Positions 9,765-21,010 of a stretch of 64,000 bases of DNA are shown here, one piece after another. Every line of letters begins with the position of its first letter. Position 1 is the stretch's first letter. The DNA comes from Polyangiaceae bacterium. Its GTDB lineage: Bacteria; Myxococcota_A; Polyangia; Polyangiales; Polyangiaceae. The position numbers and the translations under genes are program-made. The stretch lies in assembly GCA_050287085.1 (NCBI GenBank), contig JBNKBE010000002.1, forward strand, positions 320,001 to 384,000, read 5' to 3'. The notes under the pieces were generated by a model, which did not search any database, was not told where the DNA came from, and saw only the letters and a list, made by a program, of their open reading frames with translations.

Positions 9765-11042
9765 ATGCACGTCGACGTCCAAAAACTAAGCCCCGTTCTC
9801 CTCGAGCTCGCCATCACCGTCGATGCTCAGCGCGTGAGCGACGAACTCGGAAAGGCCTACCAGCGCATCTCCAAGACGGCTCGCGTCAGCGGGTTTCGCA
9901 AGGGAAAAGCGCCGCGCAAGGTACTATCTCACCTGTATGGACCCCGGGTTGCCGCCGACGTGGCGCAGAAGTTGGTAGAGGAAACCTACCAGAAGGCGAT
10001 CGACGAGCAGCAGGTGCAAACGGTTTCGCAACCCGCGATCGAGGCCGCGCCGGTGCCGGAGAAGGGTGATTTCTCCTATAAGGCCCGTGTCGAGATCCTG
10101 CCCCAGATCGAGTCCGTAAGCTACGAGGGGTTCGAGGTGGAGAAGCCTTCGACCGAGGTTAGCGACGAGCGTCTGAGCGAGGAGCTCGAGTCTCTGCGTG
10201 TTGCCAATTCGACGCTCGAGCCGCCCAAGGAGGCGCGCGGCGCACAGAAGGCGGACTTCGTCACGATCGACTTCGAGATCGAGGTGGGCGGCGAGGTGGT
10301 CGAAGGCGCTGGCGCGACTGATTTCGAAGCTGAACTCGGGTCGGGCAACTTGCTTCCCGCCATCGAAGACGCCCTGTTGGGCTTGTCCGTAGGGGGAGAA
10401 GGTCAGGCCGAGGTCGACATGCCCGACGCCCACCCGCACCCCAAGCTCAAAGGTCAGAAGGCCGTCTTCAAGTTGAAGATCAAGGAGCTCAAGGAGCGCA
10501 TCCTGCCCGCTTTGGACGACGAGTTTGCCAAAGATCTTGGGGACTACGAGACCCTCGATGCCCTCAAGGAGGAAGTGCGCAAAGACCTGGCGAAACGCTT
10601 GGAGGAAAGCGCTGACAACGTGTTGGCTGAACGTCTGGTCGCCAAGCTTGTCGAGGCCAATCCAATCGACGTACCCCCTGCTCTTGTGCAGCAGCAGAAT
10701 CAGGTTACCGAGCGAGACACCCTCGCCCAGGCGAGGGCGCGGGGCCAGCAGGTCAACCGGCTGCCGGACGAGCTGCGCGCGCGCATTCACGCCGACAGTG
10801 AGCTGAAGGTGCGCGCGGGGCTGTTGATGGCTGAGATCGCAAAGAAAGAGGCGATCAAGATTGGCGATCCGGAACTTGAGGAAGGACTTCAGGAGCTGGC
10901 CGAGCAGACGGGTAAGAATGTCGCCAAGGTCAGAGCCGAATATCGGGATCCGAAGAAGCGAGAGATGCTCGTCGGTATGATCCTGGAGAACAAGGTACTG
11001 GACATTATCCAGTCGAAGTCCAAGATCACGACCGCGTCTTAA
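9765..11042 (+). CDS. tig: Trigger factor
   Basis: GFRKGKAP signature, FKBP-like domain (DFVTIDF), LDDEFAKD; directly upstream of clpP. Confidence 0.95.
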   Translation: MHVDVQKLSPVLLELAITVDAQRVSDELGKAYQRISKTARVSGFRKGKAPRKVLSHLYGPRVAADVAQKLVEETYQKAIDEQQVQTVSQPAIEAAPVPEKGDFSYKARVEILPQIESVSYEGFEVEKPSTEVSDERLSEELESLRVANSTLEPPKEARGAQKADFVTIDFEIEVGGEVVEGAGATDFEAELGSGNLLPAIEDALLGLSVGGEGQAEVDMPDAHPHPKLKGQKAVFKLKIKELKERILPALDDEFAKDLGDYETLDALKEEVRKDLAKRLEESADNVLAERLVAKLVEANPIDVPPALVQQQNQVTERDTLAQARARGQQVNRLPDELRARIHADSELKVRAGLLMAEIAKKEAIKIGDPELEEGLQELAEQTGKNVAKVRAEYRDPKKREMLVGMILENKVLDIIQSKSKITTAS

Positions 11043-11094
11043 TCGGCGCACCCCCAACGACTTCACTCGCACTCCCCAGGAGGGAATCAGCTTC

Positions 11095-11760
11095 ATGTTC
11101 AAGAGACCCGAAACCCGCGCTCAAGCGCTCAGCGTGCTCGAGCACCCGGCCTCGGCAGCGGTCATTTACCCGCACGTCGTCGAGACGACCCACCGCGGCG
11201 AACGCACGTGGGACATCTTCAGTCGACTGCTGAAGGATCGCATCGTCTTCCTCGGGAGCGGCGTGGACGACGATGTCGCCAACATCATCGTGGCCCAGTT
11301 TCTGTTCTTGGAGAGCGAAGATCCCGACAAGGACATCCAGCTCTACATCAATTCGCCTGGTGGCGTGGTGACGGCGGGTCTGGCCATTTACGACACGATG
11401 CAGCACGTCCGCTGCAAGGTCAGCACGATCTGCATTGGTCAGGCGGCCAGTATGGGCGCGGTCCTACTGGGGGCGGGGGCAAAGGGCAGCCGCTTTGCGC
11501 TGCCCCACTCGCGGATCATGATCCATCAACCGCTGGGGGGCGCGCGTGGTCAGGCAACGGACATCGAGATTCAGGCTCGGGAGATCCGTCACGCAAAAGA
11601 CGTGATCACCCAGATATTTGTGCAGGCCACCGGCAAGTCCGCTGATGAGGTCGTCAAGGACATTGATCGCGACTTCTACATGAGCGCTGAGCAGGCCTGT
11701 AAGTACGGCTTGATCGACCAGGTCTTCAATCCGAAGGCGGCGGACAAGTCCGAGGTGTAG
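11095..11760 (+). CDS. clpP: ATP-dependent Clp protease proteolytic subunit
   Basis: [27 protein letters not shown] (Ser), MIHQP (His), DRDFYM (Asp). Confidence 0.98.
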   Translation: MFKRPETRAQALSVLEHPASAAVIYPHVVETTHRGERTWDIFSRLLKDRIVFLGSGVDDDVANIIVAQFLFLESEDPDKDIQLYINSPGGVVTAGLAIYDTMQHVRCKVSTICIGQAASMGAVLLGAGAKGSRFALPHSRIMIHQPLGGARGQATDIEIQAREIRHAKDVITQIFVQATGKSADEVVKDIDRDFYMSAEQACKYGLIDQVFNPKAADKSEV

Positions 11761-12010
11761 AGGGGGCGTCGAAGCGTCCCATCGCTGAACACTTTTGCTC
11801 CGTGTCGCTCAGCTTGCTCCACAATGCGGGAGCGCTTGGGGGCCTGCCCGGCGGCGGGCCTATTGCGACGCGGCAGCTGGCCGTTTGCTTGCGACAAGGC
11901 CCCCTCGAGCCTAAACTCACTGGGATGTATGGCACCCGGCGAGGTGTGTTCCACACACCGCGGCGGGTTGTGCCGTCATGGCGTTTCGCGCGGCGAAGTC
12001 CGCTATCTGG

Positions 12011-12056
12011 AACGCACGAGATTTCCGAAGCGCACGAGATTTCCGAAACGCACGAA
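12011..12056. repeat. About 2.5 copies of an 18-bp tandem repeat in the clpP-clpX gap
   Basis: aacgcacgagatttccga / agcgcacgagatttccga / aacgcacgaa. Confidence 0.8.
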
Positions 12057-12178
12057 GTCCAGAATCAATGAAGAACAAGAGGCTCAGCCCGGCATAGCTC
12101 AAGCACTCTCGCGATACGCTGCCAAGGCAGCGCGAGAGACGACCTGCATCATGGAAGACCCTGACCGAAGGACGAACG

Positions 12179-13438
12179 GTGGAGCGACGACGCGACGATT
12201 CTAATGGTAACCTGTGCTGCTCCTTCTGCGGCAAGTCGCAGAAGGAGGTCAAGAAGCTGATCGCAGGTCCCACCGTCTACATTTGTGACGAGTGCATCGC
12301 GCTCTGCAACGACATCATCGCTGAGGAGGTCGAGAAGGACGAGCCCAACGGTGAGTCTGAGCCGATCCCGCGTCCTCAGGAGATCAAGCGTATTCTGGAC
12401 GACTACGTAGTCGGTCAGGAGCGCGCCAAGAAGATCCTCAGCGTTGCGGTCTACAATCACTACAAGCGCATCGACAGCAGCGTCCAGACCGACGATGTGG
12501 AGCTCGCCAAGAGCAATATCCTGCTCCTGGGTCCTACCGGTAGCGGCAAAACGCTGCTCGCCCAGACGCTGGCGAAGATTCTGAAAGTACCGTTTGCGAT
12601 TGCGGATGCGACGACGCTGACGGAAGCGGGCTATGTGGGCGAGGATGTTGAGAACATCATCGTGCAGCTGCTACAGAATGCCGACCACGACGTGGAACGT
12701 GCACAGCGCGGAATCGTTTACATCGACGAAATCGACAAGATCAGTCGCAAGAGCGACAATCCATCGATCACGCGCGACGTGTCGGGTGAAGGCGTTCAGC
12801 AGGCCCTGTTGAAGATCATCGAAGGCACCGTTGCGAATGTTCCGCCCAAAGGGGGGCGCAAGCACCCGCAGCAGGACTTTCTGCAGATCGATACCTCGAA
12901 TATCCTCTTCATCTGCGGTGGCGCCTTTGTTGGCCTGGGAGAGATCATTCAGCGTCGCATCGGCGAGAGTCGGTTGGGCTTCGGCGCGGAAATCAAGAGC
13001 AAGAGCGAGATGAAGCTCGGGGAGCTATTTGCCCAAATCCAGCCCGAGGACTTGCTCAAGTTCGGTTTGATTCCTGAGTTCATCGGACGCCTGCCCATTC
13101 TCGCGACGCTCAACGAGTTGAGCGAAAGCGCGCTCGTCGACATCTTGACGACGCCGAAGAACAGCCTGGTAAAGCAGTTTCAGAAGCTCTTCGAGATGGA
13201 CGGTATCAAGGCCACGTTCACTCCGTCCGCATTGGTCGCCGTTGCACGCAAGGCGCTCGCACGCGAAAGTGGCGCTCGTGGCCTGCGAGCGATCATCGAG
13301 GAGTCAATGCTCGACGTGATGTATGAATTGCCGTCGAGGCCCGGGGTCAAAGAGATCGTCGTGAGCGACGACACCATTGACCGCAAAGAGCAACCGCTCA
13401 TCGTCTACGAGAAAGAGGCCGAGGTCGCCGGGGCATGA
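12179..13438 (+). CDS. clpX: ATP-dependent Clp protease ATP-binding subunit
   Basis: CSFCGK...ICDEC zinc finger, [36 protein letters not shown] loop. Confidence 0.98.
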   Translation: MERRRDDSNGNLCCSFCGKSQKEVKKLIAGPTVYICDECIALCNDIIAEEVEKDEPNGESEPIPRPQEIKRILDDYVVGQERAKKILSVAVYNHYKRIDSSVQTDDVELAKSNILLLGPTGSGKTLLAQTLAKILKVPFAIADATTLTEAGYVGEDVENIIVQLLQNADHDVERAQRGIVYIDEIDKISRKSDNPSITRDVSGEGVQQALLKIIEGTVANVPPKGGRKHPQQDFLQIDTSNILFICGGAFVGLGEIIQRRIGESRLGFGAEIKSKSEMKLGELFAQIQPEDLLKFGLIPEFIGRLPILATLNELSESALVDILTTPKNSLVKQFQKLFEMDGIKATFTPSALVAVARKALARESGARGLRAIIEESMLDVMYELPSRPGVKEIVVSDDTIDRKEQPLIVYEKEAEVAGA

Positions 13439-13750
13439 GCGCCCCACCAGGGACGCTGCGCTGGGCGGGGTTCCGAGCTGGGGCGTCGACTTCAACGGCC
13501 GGATGGCGCTGCGGGCTGCGGCGCCAAACCCCAGCGCCGCGGTTGCGAGCGGCCCCCCGGGAGGGCTGGGGGCCTTGGGGCGCTGCCGCAACGGTACTGG
13601 CCGCCCAGCGGGTTTCTGCGCCAGACGCGCCAGATGTACCCGTCTCTGGCGGTGTGATGCTTTTTATGGACCTCGCCGCCGGGCGCCTTCGCTAAGCCTA
13701 GGTCTCGCGGGGCATCGTTTCGCGTTCGTAGTTCAAGTCATCGAGGTTTG

Positions 13751-16243
13751 ATGTTTTTTAAGGGTGAGTCAGACAAGTCGACGGGGGCCGGTCGGCGGTC
13801 GCTTCCAGCACTTCCTTTGCGCGACATTATCGTGTTCCCGCACATGGTGTCCCAACTCTTTGTCGGTCGAGAGAAGAGCATCGCTGCGCTCGACGAAGCG
13901 ATGACGCGAGACAAGGAGATATTTCTGGCAGCCCAGAAGAACGCGAAGACTAACGATCCGAGCGCCGAGGATATCTACCAATCGGGGACGATCGGCACGA
14001 TTGTGCAGCTACTTCGTCTCGCAGACGGAACCGTGAAGGTGCTCGTGGAAGGCAAGCGTAGGGCTCGCGTCAGACGCTTCGTGGAAACGCGCGAGTACTT
14101 TGTTGTCGAGGTGGAAGACGTCCAGGAGGAAGGAGCCAGCGACCTTGAGGTTGAAGCGCTACTCCGCAGTGTGCAGAGCACCTTCGAGGTGTACGTCAAG
14201 CTGAACAAGAAGGTGCAGCCAGAAGTTCTGATGAGTGTTCAGAGCATCGGCGAAGCCAGTCGCTTGAGCGATACCGTCGCTGCCAATCTCCCGACCATCA
14301 AGCTGGTCGATCGTCAGTCGTTGCTTGAAACGGGCAACGTAAAGCTTCGCCTGAGCAAGTTGTACGAGCTCATGCAAGCGGAGATCGAAATCCTTCAAGT
14401 TGAGAAGAAGATTCGCTCTCGCGTCAAGAAGCAGATGGAGAAGACGCAGAAGGAGTACTACCTCAACGAGCAGATGCAGGCCATTCAGAAGGAACTTGGC
14501 GGTAGCGACCGCGATGAGTTCAAGAATGAGTTGCAGGAGTTGGAGGATCAGGTCGCGGTCAAAGCGCTGAGCGACGAAGCCCGGACCAAAGTCACCAAAG
14601 AGCTCAAGAAACTCAAGATGATGCATCCTACCAGCGCCGAGGCGACGGTAGTGCGCAACTACATCGACTGGGTCGTCTCTCTTCCGTGGGATGAACGCAC
14701 AGAGGAGCGCTATGACATCGAGGAGGCGCAAGCTGTCCTCGATCGCGATCATTATGGGCTCAAGAAGTGCAAAGAGCGAATCATCGAGTATCTTGCGGTA
14801 CAAGCGCTTACTCGCAAGCTCAAGGGCCCGATACTGTGCTTTGTGGGTCCACCGGGCGTCGGCAAGACGAGCCTGGCACGCGGCATCGCAGAAGCGACCG
14901 CGCGGAAGTTCGTGCGGATCTCTCTCGGAGGGGTTCGCGACGAGGCGGAGATCCGCGGGCATCGACGGACCTATATCGGTGCCATGCCGGGCAAGATTGT
15001 TCAGAACATCAAGAAGGCAGGCAAGGTTAACCCGCTGGTCTTGCTCGACGAAGTTGACAAGATGAGCCAGGATTTTCGAGGAGATCCGGCGTCGGCGTTG
15101 CTTGAGGTTCTTGATCCAGAGCAAAATCACACGTTCAACGATCACTATCTCGATCTGGACTACGACCTAAGCGAGGTCTTGTTCATCACGACGGCGAACT
15201 CGCTGTCGGGGATCCCCATGCCGCTCCGCGACCGCATGGAGGTGATCGAGGTCAGCGGCTATACGGAGTTTGACAAGCTGCAGATCGCCGAGCGCTACCT
15301 GCTACCCAAGAGCAAGGAAGACTGCGGTCTGAAGGACGTTGATTTCACGGTCGAAGAGGATGCGATGAGAAGTATCATCCATCACTACACCAAGGAGTCA
15401 GGCGTGCGTGGCTTGGGGCGAGAGCTCCAAAGCTTGTGTCGTAAGGTTGCACTGCGCGTCGTCAAGGAGGGCAGGGACATCCACGTCGAAGTGGATACTG
15501 CTAGCGTCGCGCACTTCCTGGGAACTCCCAAGTATAGGCTCGGCAAGAAGGAAGAACGAGACGAGATAGGTCTTACCCATGGTCTCAGCGTGTCGGACTA
15601 TGGCGGTGACATTCTCGATTGTGAGGTCACCATCGTTCCGGGCAAGGGCAAGCTGGTGATCACCGGTTTGCTCGAGAAGGGCATGGAAGAAAGCGGCCAG
15701 GCAGCGATGAGCTATGTGCGCTCGCGCGGTGCGACGCTCGGGTTGGAAACCGAATTCTACCAGAAGGTGGACGCGCACGTTCACTTTCCAGACTTTGTCC
15801 GCAAAGACGGACCGAGTGCCGGGGTCACTATGGCCACCAGCATTGCCAGCGCTCTAACTCGCATTCCCGTTCGTCACAACGTGGCCATGACTGGCGAAAT
15901 TACGCTGCGCGGTCGTGTCATGCCCATTGGCGGGCTCAAGGAAAAGCTACTGGCTGCCCAGCGAGGTGGGATCACCACCGTATTGATTCCCAAGGACAAC
16001 GAGAAGGACCTGAGTGAGGTACCGAAGCGCGTTCTAAAGGAGCTGCGCGTGGTCCTGGTCGATCATATGGACGACGTGTTGCGAGAAGCCTTGGTGCTTG
16101 ATGAGCCGTCTGCCATGTTTGGCCCACGTCGGCTGCATATGGAGTATCGCCGCGCAGAGCTGATCGTCGACGAGGCGGAGCTGTCCACCGTTGCTAGCAT
16201 CGGGGTGGGGCCGGGGCCTTTTCCGGAACGTCCGGGCGTCTGA
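13751..16243 (+). CDS. lon: Lon protease (endopeptidase La)
   Basis: [41 protein letters not shown] (Ser), GGLKEK (Lys). Confidence 0.98.
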   Translation: MFFKGESDKSTGAGRRSLPALPLRDIIVFPHMVSQLFVGREKSIAALDEAMTRDKEIFLAAQKNAKTNDPSAEDIYQSGTIGTIVQLLRLADGTVKVLVEGKRRARVRRFVETREYFVVEVEDVQEEGASDLEVEALLRSVQSTFEVYVKLNKKVQPEVLMSVQSIGEASRLSDTVAANLPTIKLVDRQSLLETGNVKLRLSKLYELMQAEIEILQVEKKIRSRVKKQMEKTQKEYYLNEQMQAIQKELGGSDRDEFKNELQELEDQVAVKALSDEARTKVTKELKKLKMMHPTSAEATVVRNYIDWVVSLPWDERTEERYDIEEAQAVLDRDHYGLKKCKERIIEYLAVQALTRKLKGPILCFVGPPGVGKTSLARGIAEATARKFVRISLGGVRDEAEIRGHRRTYIGAMPGKIVQNIKKAGKVNPLVLLDEVDKMSQDFRGDPASALLEVLDPEQNHTFNDHYLDLDYDLSEVLFITTANSLSGIPMPLRDRMEVIEVSGYTEFDKLQIAERYLLPKSKEDCGLKDVDFTVEEDAMRSIIHHYTKESGVRGLGRELQSLCRKVALRVVKEGRDIHVEVDTASVAHFLGTPKYRLGKKEERDEIGLTHGLSVSDYGGDILDCEVTIVPGKGKLVITGLLEKGMEESGQAAMSYVRSRGATLGLETEFYQKVDAHVHFPDFVRKDGPSAGVTMATSIASALTRIPVRHNVAMTGEITLRGRVMPIGGLKEKLLAAQRGGITTVLIPKDNEKDLSEVPKRVLKELRVVLVDHMDDVLREALVLDEPSAMFGPRRLHMEYRRAELIVDEAELSTVASIGVGPGPFPERPGV

Positions 16244-16470
16244 GCTCGGCCTTGGACGCGGGCCTGAGCGGCGATATGCCGCTGAGCACCGCGCGGAGGC
16301 GGCTGGCTCCTGGCAAGCCGGCTCTTGGCGAGCGAGGGCGGCAGAGAGCGAACCCGGGGTGAAAGGTGGGTTCACGGTGGTTTCAATCCGCTGTGCCCAG
16401 AAACCTGACTTTGCCCATCGAGGTGCCGGTGGGCGTATCCTCCGAGCTCGTTTGAGGCTAGCGTCTCGCC

Positions 16471-17697
16471 ATGAAGCAGATTCGAATGGGGTTTGACTGG
16501 GCGCTTCTGGTTGGAGCTACATTGGCTATGTCCGTGGGCTGCAAACGTGAGCCGATGCCCAGCGCAACGGAAACAAGCGCGGGCAACGCGGCAACTGCTA
16601 GTGCTAAGCCAGCGGCGTCTAGCGTCGTCTCGGGGTCTGAGCGGTCGGAGCTCACGCCGCCCCCCAAGGCGCTGGGCCCCATCCAGGTACCCAAGGACAA
16701 CGAGCTCACGGCAGCGAAGATTGCGTTGGGGCAGAAGCTATTCTTCGACCCCCGGTTGAGCGTTGATGGCACTCGCTCCTGCTATAGCTGTCATCTCAAC
16801 GAAAACGGAACCAGCGGGGCTTTGCCCAAAGCGATTGGGGCCAAGGAACTGCCGCTCACCCGCAATGCTCCCATGCTCTGGAACGTCGCGTATCTGGGCG
16901 CGCTCTACTGGGACGGTCGTGCCGCTAGCTTGGAGGCTCAAGCTCTCGGCGCTTGGAAGGGGGGCAATATGGGCGTCGGAGAAGACGGCCTGAGCGCGAA
17001 AGCCGACGAGATCGGTGCTCTGCCCGAGTACAGGAAGGCGTTTCTGGACGTGTTTCCGACCCAGGGGGCAACGCCCAAGACAATTGCCCAAGCGCTTGCG
17101 AGCTACGAGCGTACGCTCTTCTGCGGCAATACTCGCTACGATCGCTTTGCCGCTGGTGACAAGTCCGCACTGAACGCCGAGGAGCAACAAGGCTGGGAGC
17201 TGTTCACAACCAAGGCCAACTGTCATAGTTGTCATACGCCGCCGTTCTTTACCGACACGGTCATGGCGTCGGGCGGAGCTTTTCACAATGCGGGCCTTGG
17301 TTACGACGCCAAGGGCGAAACGGGAGACGTGGGGCGCTTTGCGGTGACCCAGTCTCCGAGTGACCGCGGTGCGTTCAAGACACCCTCGCTGCGTAACGTT
17401 TCCAAAACTGCGCCTTACTTTCACGACGGCTCTGCGACCACGCTGGAGCAGGCGGTTCGGACGATGGCGGGTGGGGGCATCAAGAACGCAAACCTGGACA
17501 TGAAGTTCCAGGACCGAAAGCTGAGCGACACCGAGATCAAGGCTGTGCTTGCCTTCCTGGGGACGCTTGATTGCGAGGGCCAGCTTGAGGTCCCAGAAGG
17601 GGCCCCTTCGGCGTCGCCACCGAAAGCAGCGGCGACGACCACGGGTTCGGGTTCCAGCGCGCCCGCGGTAGCGCCCGGTGGCGCACCCACGCCGTAG
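16471..17697 (+). CDS. Di-heme cytochrome c peroxidase / MauG-family lipoprotein
   Basis: Lipobox SVGC, LGQKLFFDPRLS, two CxxCH motifs (CYSCH, CHSCH), RNAP, YWDGRA, FKTPSLRNV, APYFHDGS. Confidence 0.92.
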   Translation: MKQIRMGFDWALLVGATLAMSVGCKREPMPSATETSAGNAATASAKPAASSVVSGSERSELTPPPKALGPIQVPKDNELTAAKIALGQKLFFDPRLSVDGTRSCYSCHLNENGTSGALPKAIGAKELPLTRNAPMLWNVAYLGALYWDGRAASLEAQALGAWKGGNMGVGEDGLSAKADEIGALPEYRKAFLDVFPTQGATPKTIAQALASYERTLFCGNTRYDRFAAGDKSALNAEEQQGWELFTTKANCHSCHTPPFFTDTVMASGGAFHNAGLGYDAKGETGDVGRFAVTQSPSDRGAFKTPSLRNVSKTAPYFHDGSATTLEQAVRTMAGGGIKNANLDMKFQDRKLSDTEIKAVLAFLGTLDCEGQLEVPEGAPSASPPKAAATTTGSGSSAPAVAPGGAPTP

Positions 17698-17818
17698 GGG
17701 AGGTCTCTCGAAGGCCGGGGGCTAGGCCAGGGACTCTTGCCCCGCCGGCCGGCGAGTGTTTCAGGTGACGATCGGGTCTTCCAATTGCTTGGGGAGCAGC
17801 GTAGAAGATCGCTCCCTC

Positions 17819-17894
17819 GGGCGGATAGCTCAGTTGGTAGAGCGCCGGCCTTACAAGCCGGATGTCGTCGGTTCAACCCCGGCTCCGCCCACCA
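17819..17894 (+). tRNA. tRNA-Val (TAC), CCA encoded
   Basis: gggcgga/tccgccc acceptor stem, tagctcagttggtagagc D arm, ccggc-cttacaa-gccgg anticodon arm, ggttcaacccc T arm, ACCA end. Confidence 0.96.
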
Positions 17895-17897
17895 CCG

Positions 17898-17928
17898 AAC
17901 CCGCAGCTCCAAAGCTGCGGGTTTTTTT
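17898..17928 (+). terminator. Intrinsic terminator after tRNA-Val
   Basis: aacccgcagc-tccaaa-gctgcgggtt followed by a T run. Confidence 0.85.
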
Positions 17929-18193
17929 GCATGAGGGCTCGGGGCTGACGTCAAGACCTTGGTGCGCTGCGGCCGACAGCGGCTCTTTGCGGGGCTCCGA
18001 GGGTCGCCGGATAGGCGTGGCCTCGGGGAAGCCCGGGGAGCTTCCTCCGGCCCAGGGCGTGCGAGGTGGCGAGCTTCTGGCGCTGCGAGGCGCCGTTCTG
18101 TCGCCATGCGAGGATTCCACGCCGCGCTGATGAACACCCAGCCGCCCATGGCGCGTGCTGTATCCGGGGAGCGAGCGCGTGTAGACTGACGCC

Positions 18194-19027
18194 ATGGCTC
18201 AGAGCTCTGCGGTCCGGCTTGGTTGGCATCTGGTTGTGTTGTGTGGAGCCTTGTCTTGGGCATTAGGCTGCGACAAGCCGGGCGCCGCCGAGAAAGTCGA
18301 AGCCGAGAATGCCGCGAAGTCGGCCGCCGCTGCACGTACCGCAGAAGTGCTGCAGCAGCTTATCGCGAAGCAGGCGGCAGAGCGCGAGCAGAAGCAACCC
18401 GAACGTGCGGGCGCCGCGAGTGATGTGCAGTGCAAAGAAGGCCGGGAGGTGGACTTTCACGAGCCTCAGTTGGAGGCGGAGGTCCGTCGCAAACTCGGCA
18501 AGCCCACAGGGGCCATCTCGCAGAGCGAACTCGCAACTATCCGTTCGGTCAATCTCGCTCGCGGCGGCAGCGTTGACTATCTTGATCCGTGTGTCTTTCC
18601 CCACCTGACGGGGGTGAAGGATTTGTACTTGGGGCCAGGCAAGCTGAGCGACCTTTCCGTGCTGAGGCACCTTCGCCGCTTGACCACGTTGCGCGCGTCG
18701 ATGAACGCGGTGAGCGACATATCGGTGCTATCGGGTCATGCTGCGCTGGAGCGCGTGGACCTGGGCCACACTCGCGTGTCGGACTTGCGGCCACTTGAGA
18801 ACGCAAAGAACCTCACCGAGCTCATGTTAGACGACACACTGGTGGAAGACATTTCTCCGCTCGCCGGCCTAGACAAGTTGCAAGTGTTGGCGTTGTCTCG
18901 AACTCAGGTGAACACCTTGAAGCCGTTGGCCGGTTTGAAGAAGTTGAAGAGTGTAAGCGTCGTGGGCGCGCCCGTCGCAAGACCTTATGGATTGCCTCAA
19001 TCCGGGCTCCGCATCGTGGACCGCTGA
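18194..19027 (+). CDS. Internalin-like leucine-rich-repeat lipoprotein
   Basis: Lipobox ALGC; 22-aa LRRs (LSDLSVLRHL, VSDISVL, VSDLRPL, VEDISPL). Confidence 0.88.
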   Translation: MAQSSAVRLGWHLVVLCGALSWALGCDKPGAAEKVEAENAAKSAAAARTAEVLQQLIAKQAAEREQKQPERAGAASDVQCKEGREVDFHEPQLEAEVRRKLGKPTGAISQSELATIRSVNLARGGSVDYLDPCVFPHLTGVKDLYLGPGKLSDLSVLRHLRRLTTLRASMNAVSDISVLSGHAALERVDLGHTRVSDLRPLENAKNLTELMLDDTLVEDISPLAGLDKLQVLALSRTQVNTLKPLAGLKKLKSVSVVGAPVARPYGLPQSGLRIVDR

Positions 19028-19078
19028 CGCTTGGTGCAGTCCGCGACCAACACCAGCCACCCGCTGCGGACGGGGCCG

Positions 19079-19795
19079 CTAGGACTGATCGAGGGGTACG
19101 CCCGGCGCGTCTTTGGGTTTCAGGCGGGCCAGGGTTCGTTTCGCGCCGTTGGCCATGGACCAAGTGGCCACCACGGTTGCTCCCAGCCCTAGCCAATACA
19201 GCGAGCGCTGCAGCGGATCGTCACTGGCTTCTGGCTCAAGGGCCCGTCGCGCAGCGGCCGCCGCGTAGGTATAGACAAAGACGCTGGGCGCCTTACCCAG
19301 GGTACTGGCCAGCATGAAGCTGCGAAAGCCTACTCGCGACAGACTGGCCGCGTAGGTCAACGCCGCGAAGGGCATGATCGGTGATAGCCGTAGCAGAAAT
19401 ACCAGGCGCGCGACGTCGCGCGGCTCGAGGCCATGGAGAACGACGAGGGCCGACGACGATTGGAAGCGGCGTCGAACGTAGCCCCGCAGGCCGTAGCGCC
19501 CGACCCCAAAGGTGAGCGCGGCGGCAAGGGTGGCCGCCGCGAAGGCGATCATGAAGCCCCGCGCAACGCCGTAGCTGGCTCCAACCAACAGGACTGCTGG
19601 ACCCGCCGGGAGCCCTAGGAGTGAGGCCAAGACGAAGCCGATGACAAACGCAATCACACCCGCCGAGCCTCCTGCTTCGACCTCCGCGCATACTGTTCGC
19701 AGGGCGCCGCCGGCTGTAGGGATCAGGATCAGAATGACTGCTAGCAATAGCGCGAGGGCGAGGCCACGGCGAGCCGCCGGCAGAAAACGGACCAT
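19079..19795 (-). CDS. TVP38/TMEM64 (DedA/VTT domain) membrane protein
   Basis: Hydrophobic helices; LTFGVGRY, FLLRLSPIMPF, FMLASTLGKAP. Confidence 0.85.
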   Translation of the reverse strand: MVRFLPAARRGLALALLLAVILILIPTAGGALRTVCAEVEAGGSAGVIAFVIGFVLASLLGLPAGPAVLLVGASYGVARGFMIAFAAATLAAALTFGVGRYGLRGYVRRRFQSSSALVVLHGLEPRDVARLVFLLRLSPIMPFAALTYAASLSRVGFRSFMLASTLGKAPSVFVYTYAAAAARRALEPEASDDPLQRSLYWLGLGATVVATWSMANGAKRTLARLKPKDAPGVPLDQS

Positions 19796-20000
19796 TGTCG
19801 GCGGTTATACCCTCAACCACAGGGACGTGTGCGCCTCGCGCGGCCTTTGACAAGGGGGCGCGGAGGGCGCGCACGCCGTCGGTCGCAAAGCCCTGCTATC
19901 CGGCTTCAGCAGTCGTTGAGCGGGCGGCCTGAACAGGTGAGTCGATTGTGATTTCTCTTGTTGCCAAGTCGGACGGGTATGATAGACATGCCTCCCCGTT

Positions 20001-20074
<74 letters not shown>

Positions 20075-20096
20075 CAACGTAGTGTCGATTAGACGG

Positions 20097-20130
20097 GAGC
20101 TGCGGGTCTAGAATTCTAGACGCGCAGCTC
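20097..20130. repeat. 34-bp near-perfect palindrome downstream of tRNA-Asp
   Basis: gagctgcgggtctagaa|ttctagacgcgcagctc, one mismatched pair. Confidence 0.8.
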
Positions 20131-20335
20131 GTGTCCAAGGGTGGCTTGTGTTGGCGCAGCCTGTGTTCAGGCGTGGCGCGCATCAAAGCCACGATGATAT
20201 TAGACTACAGCTGGTGTCTACAAGGGCAGCGGGTGTGGGATTCAATGGGCTCTCTGGGCTAGTCCCAGATGAGTTTTCGTTGTTTTGTGATTCGTCTATC
20301 GCCCTTGCAGGGCGGCCTGGTCGCCATCATCCGGC

Positions 20336-21010
20336 GTGCAGGGTTGTGTAGCGCCCCTTATCGCAGGAGGCCGCGGGTGGGCTTTGCCAAGGCCCGTTGC
20401 TGTCGCTATGTCCTGCCAGGTGGACGACTTGGACTGGGTGAAGGGGTTGCCCGTGGGCATTCTCTTCTTCGTTGGAACCTTGTACGGGTTCACGCGCAAA
20501 CGCGCGCGCCGCGCGCTGGCGCTCCGCGACTACCCGCGTCTCGCGGAGCGCATCGGACTTGAACGTGTGGGAGGGTCAGCCACCACATTGGGGCGCTTTC
20601 GTGGAGACTACGACGGGTATCGCGTGGCGGTCGATCCGGAGGAGAGGGCGCCGCGAATCGTCCTATTCCTTCACCAGCCTACGGATTGGGACCTGCGAAC
20701 CTACCAGCGCTGGAAGCGCGTTCCGGAGGGGCTCGAGACCCTCACCTTCGCCGACCGAGGTCTCAACGCTTGGCTCAGTACGCGGCTTCTTAGCGGCGAC
20801 CCGTCGGGGCTAGCGGAGGCTCGTTTGGCCGCGGTGGAGAGCGAGCTGCTGGCGCTGCGAGCCCTCACGCCGAACCTCAGAGAGTTCTCATTAGCCGAGG
20901 ACCGGCTGGAGTGTGTCTTTGACTTTGGCACTCCGCCCTTTATCCCGGCCGCGCTGGTCGCTGACGTACTCAAGCAGCTGGCTAAGCTCGCTCGGGCTGC
21001 TGCGTCCTAG
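20336..21010 (+). CDS. Hypothetical protein with an N-terminal transmembrane helix
   Basis: GLPVGILFFVGTLYGF followed by basic residues; fills the gap to the convergent gene. True start is probably near 20419. Confidence 0.6.
   Translation: MQGCVAPLIAGGRGWALPRPVAVAMSCQVDDLDWVKGLPVGILFFVGTLYGFTRKRARRALALRDYPRLAERIGLERVGGSATTLGRFRGDYDGYRVAVDPEERAPRIVLFLHQPTDWDLRTYQRWKRVPEGLETLTFADRGLNAWLSTRLLSGDPSGLAEARLAAVESELLALRALTPNLREFSLAEDRLECVFDFGTPPFIPAALVADVLKQLAKLARAAAS

Noticed and set aside
525..11102. Long antisense or alternate-frame ORFs (e.g. 525-1319, 5277-6095, 9924-11102; also 14159-15145, 50867-51775)
   Set aside because: Shadow ORFs expected in GC-rich DNA opposite well-supported genes; no recognisable motifs.
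11802..12204. ORFs in the clpP-clpX gap (and 13435-13695 in the clpX-lon gap)
   Set aside because: Low-complexity, repeat-derived translations with no ribosome-binding site or motif support.
12685..12700. parS-like half-sites (cgtggaacg here; tttcacgtga near 59548)
   Set aside because: Only partial matches inside coding sequence, not the full 16-bp palindrome.
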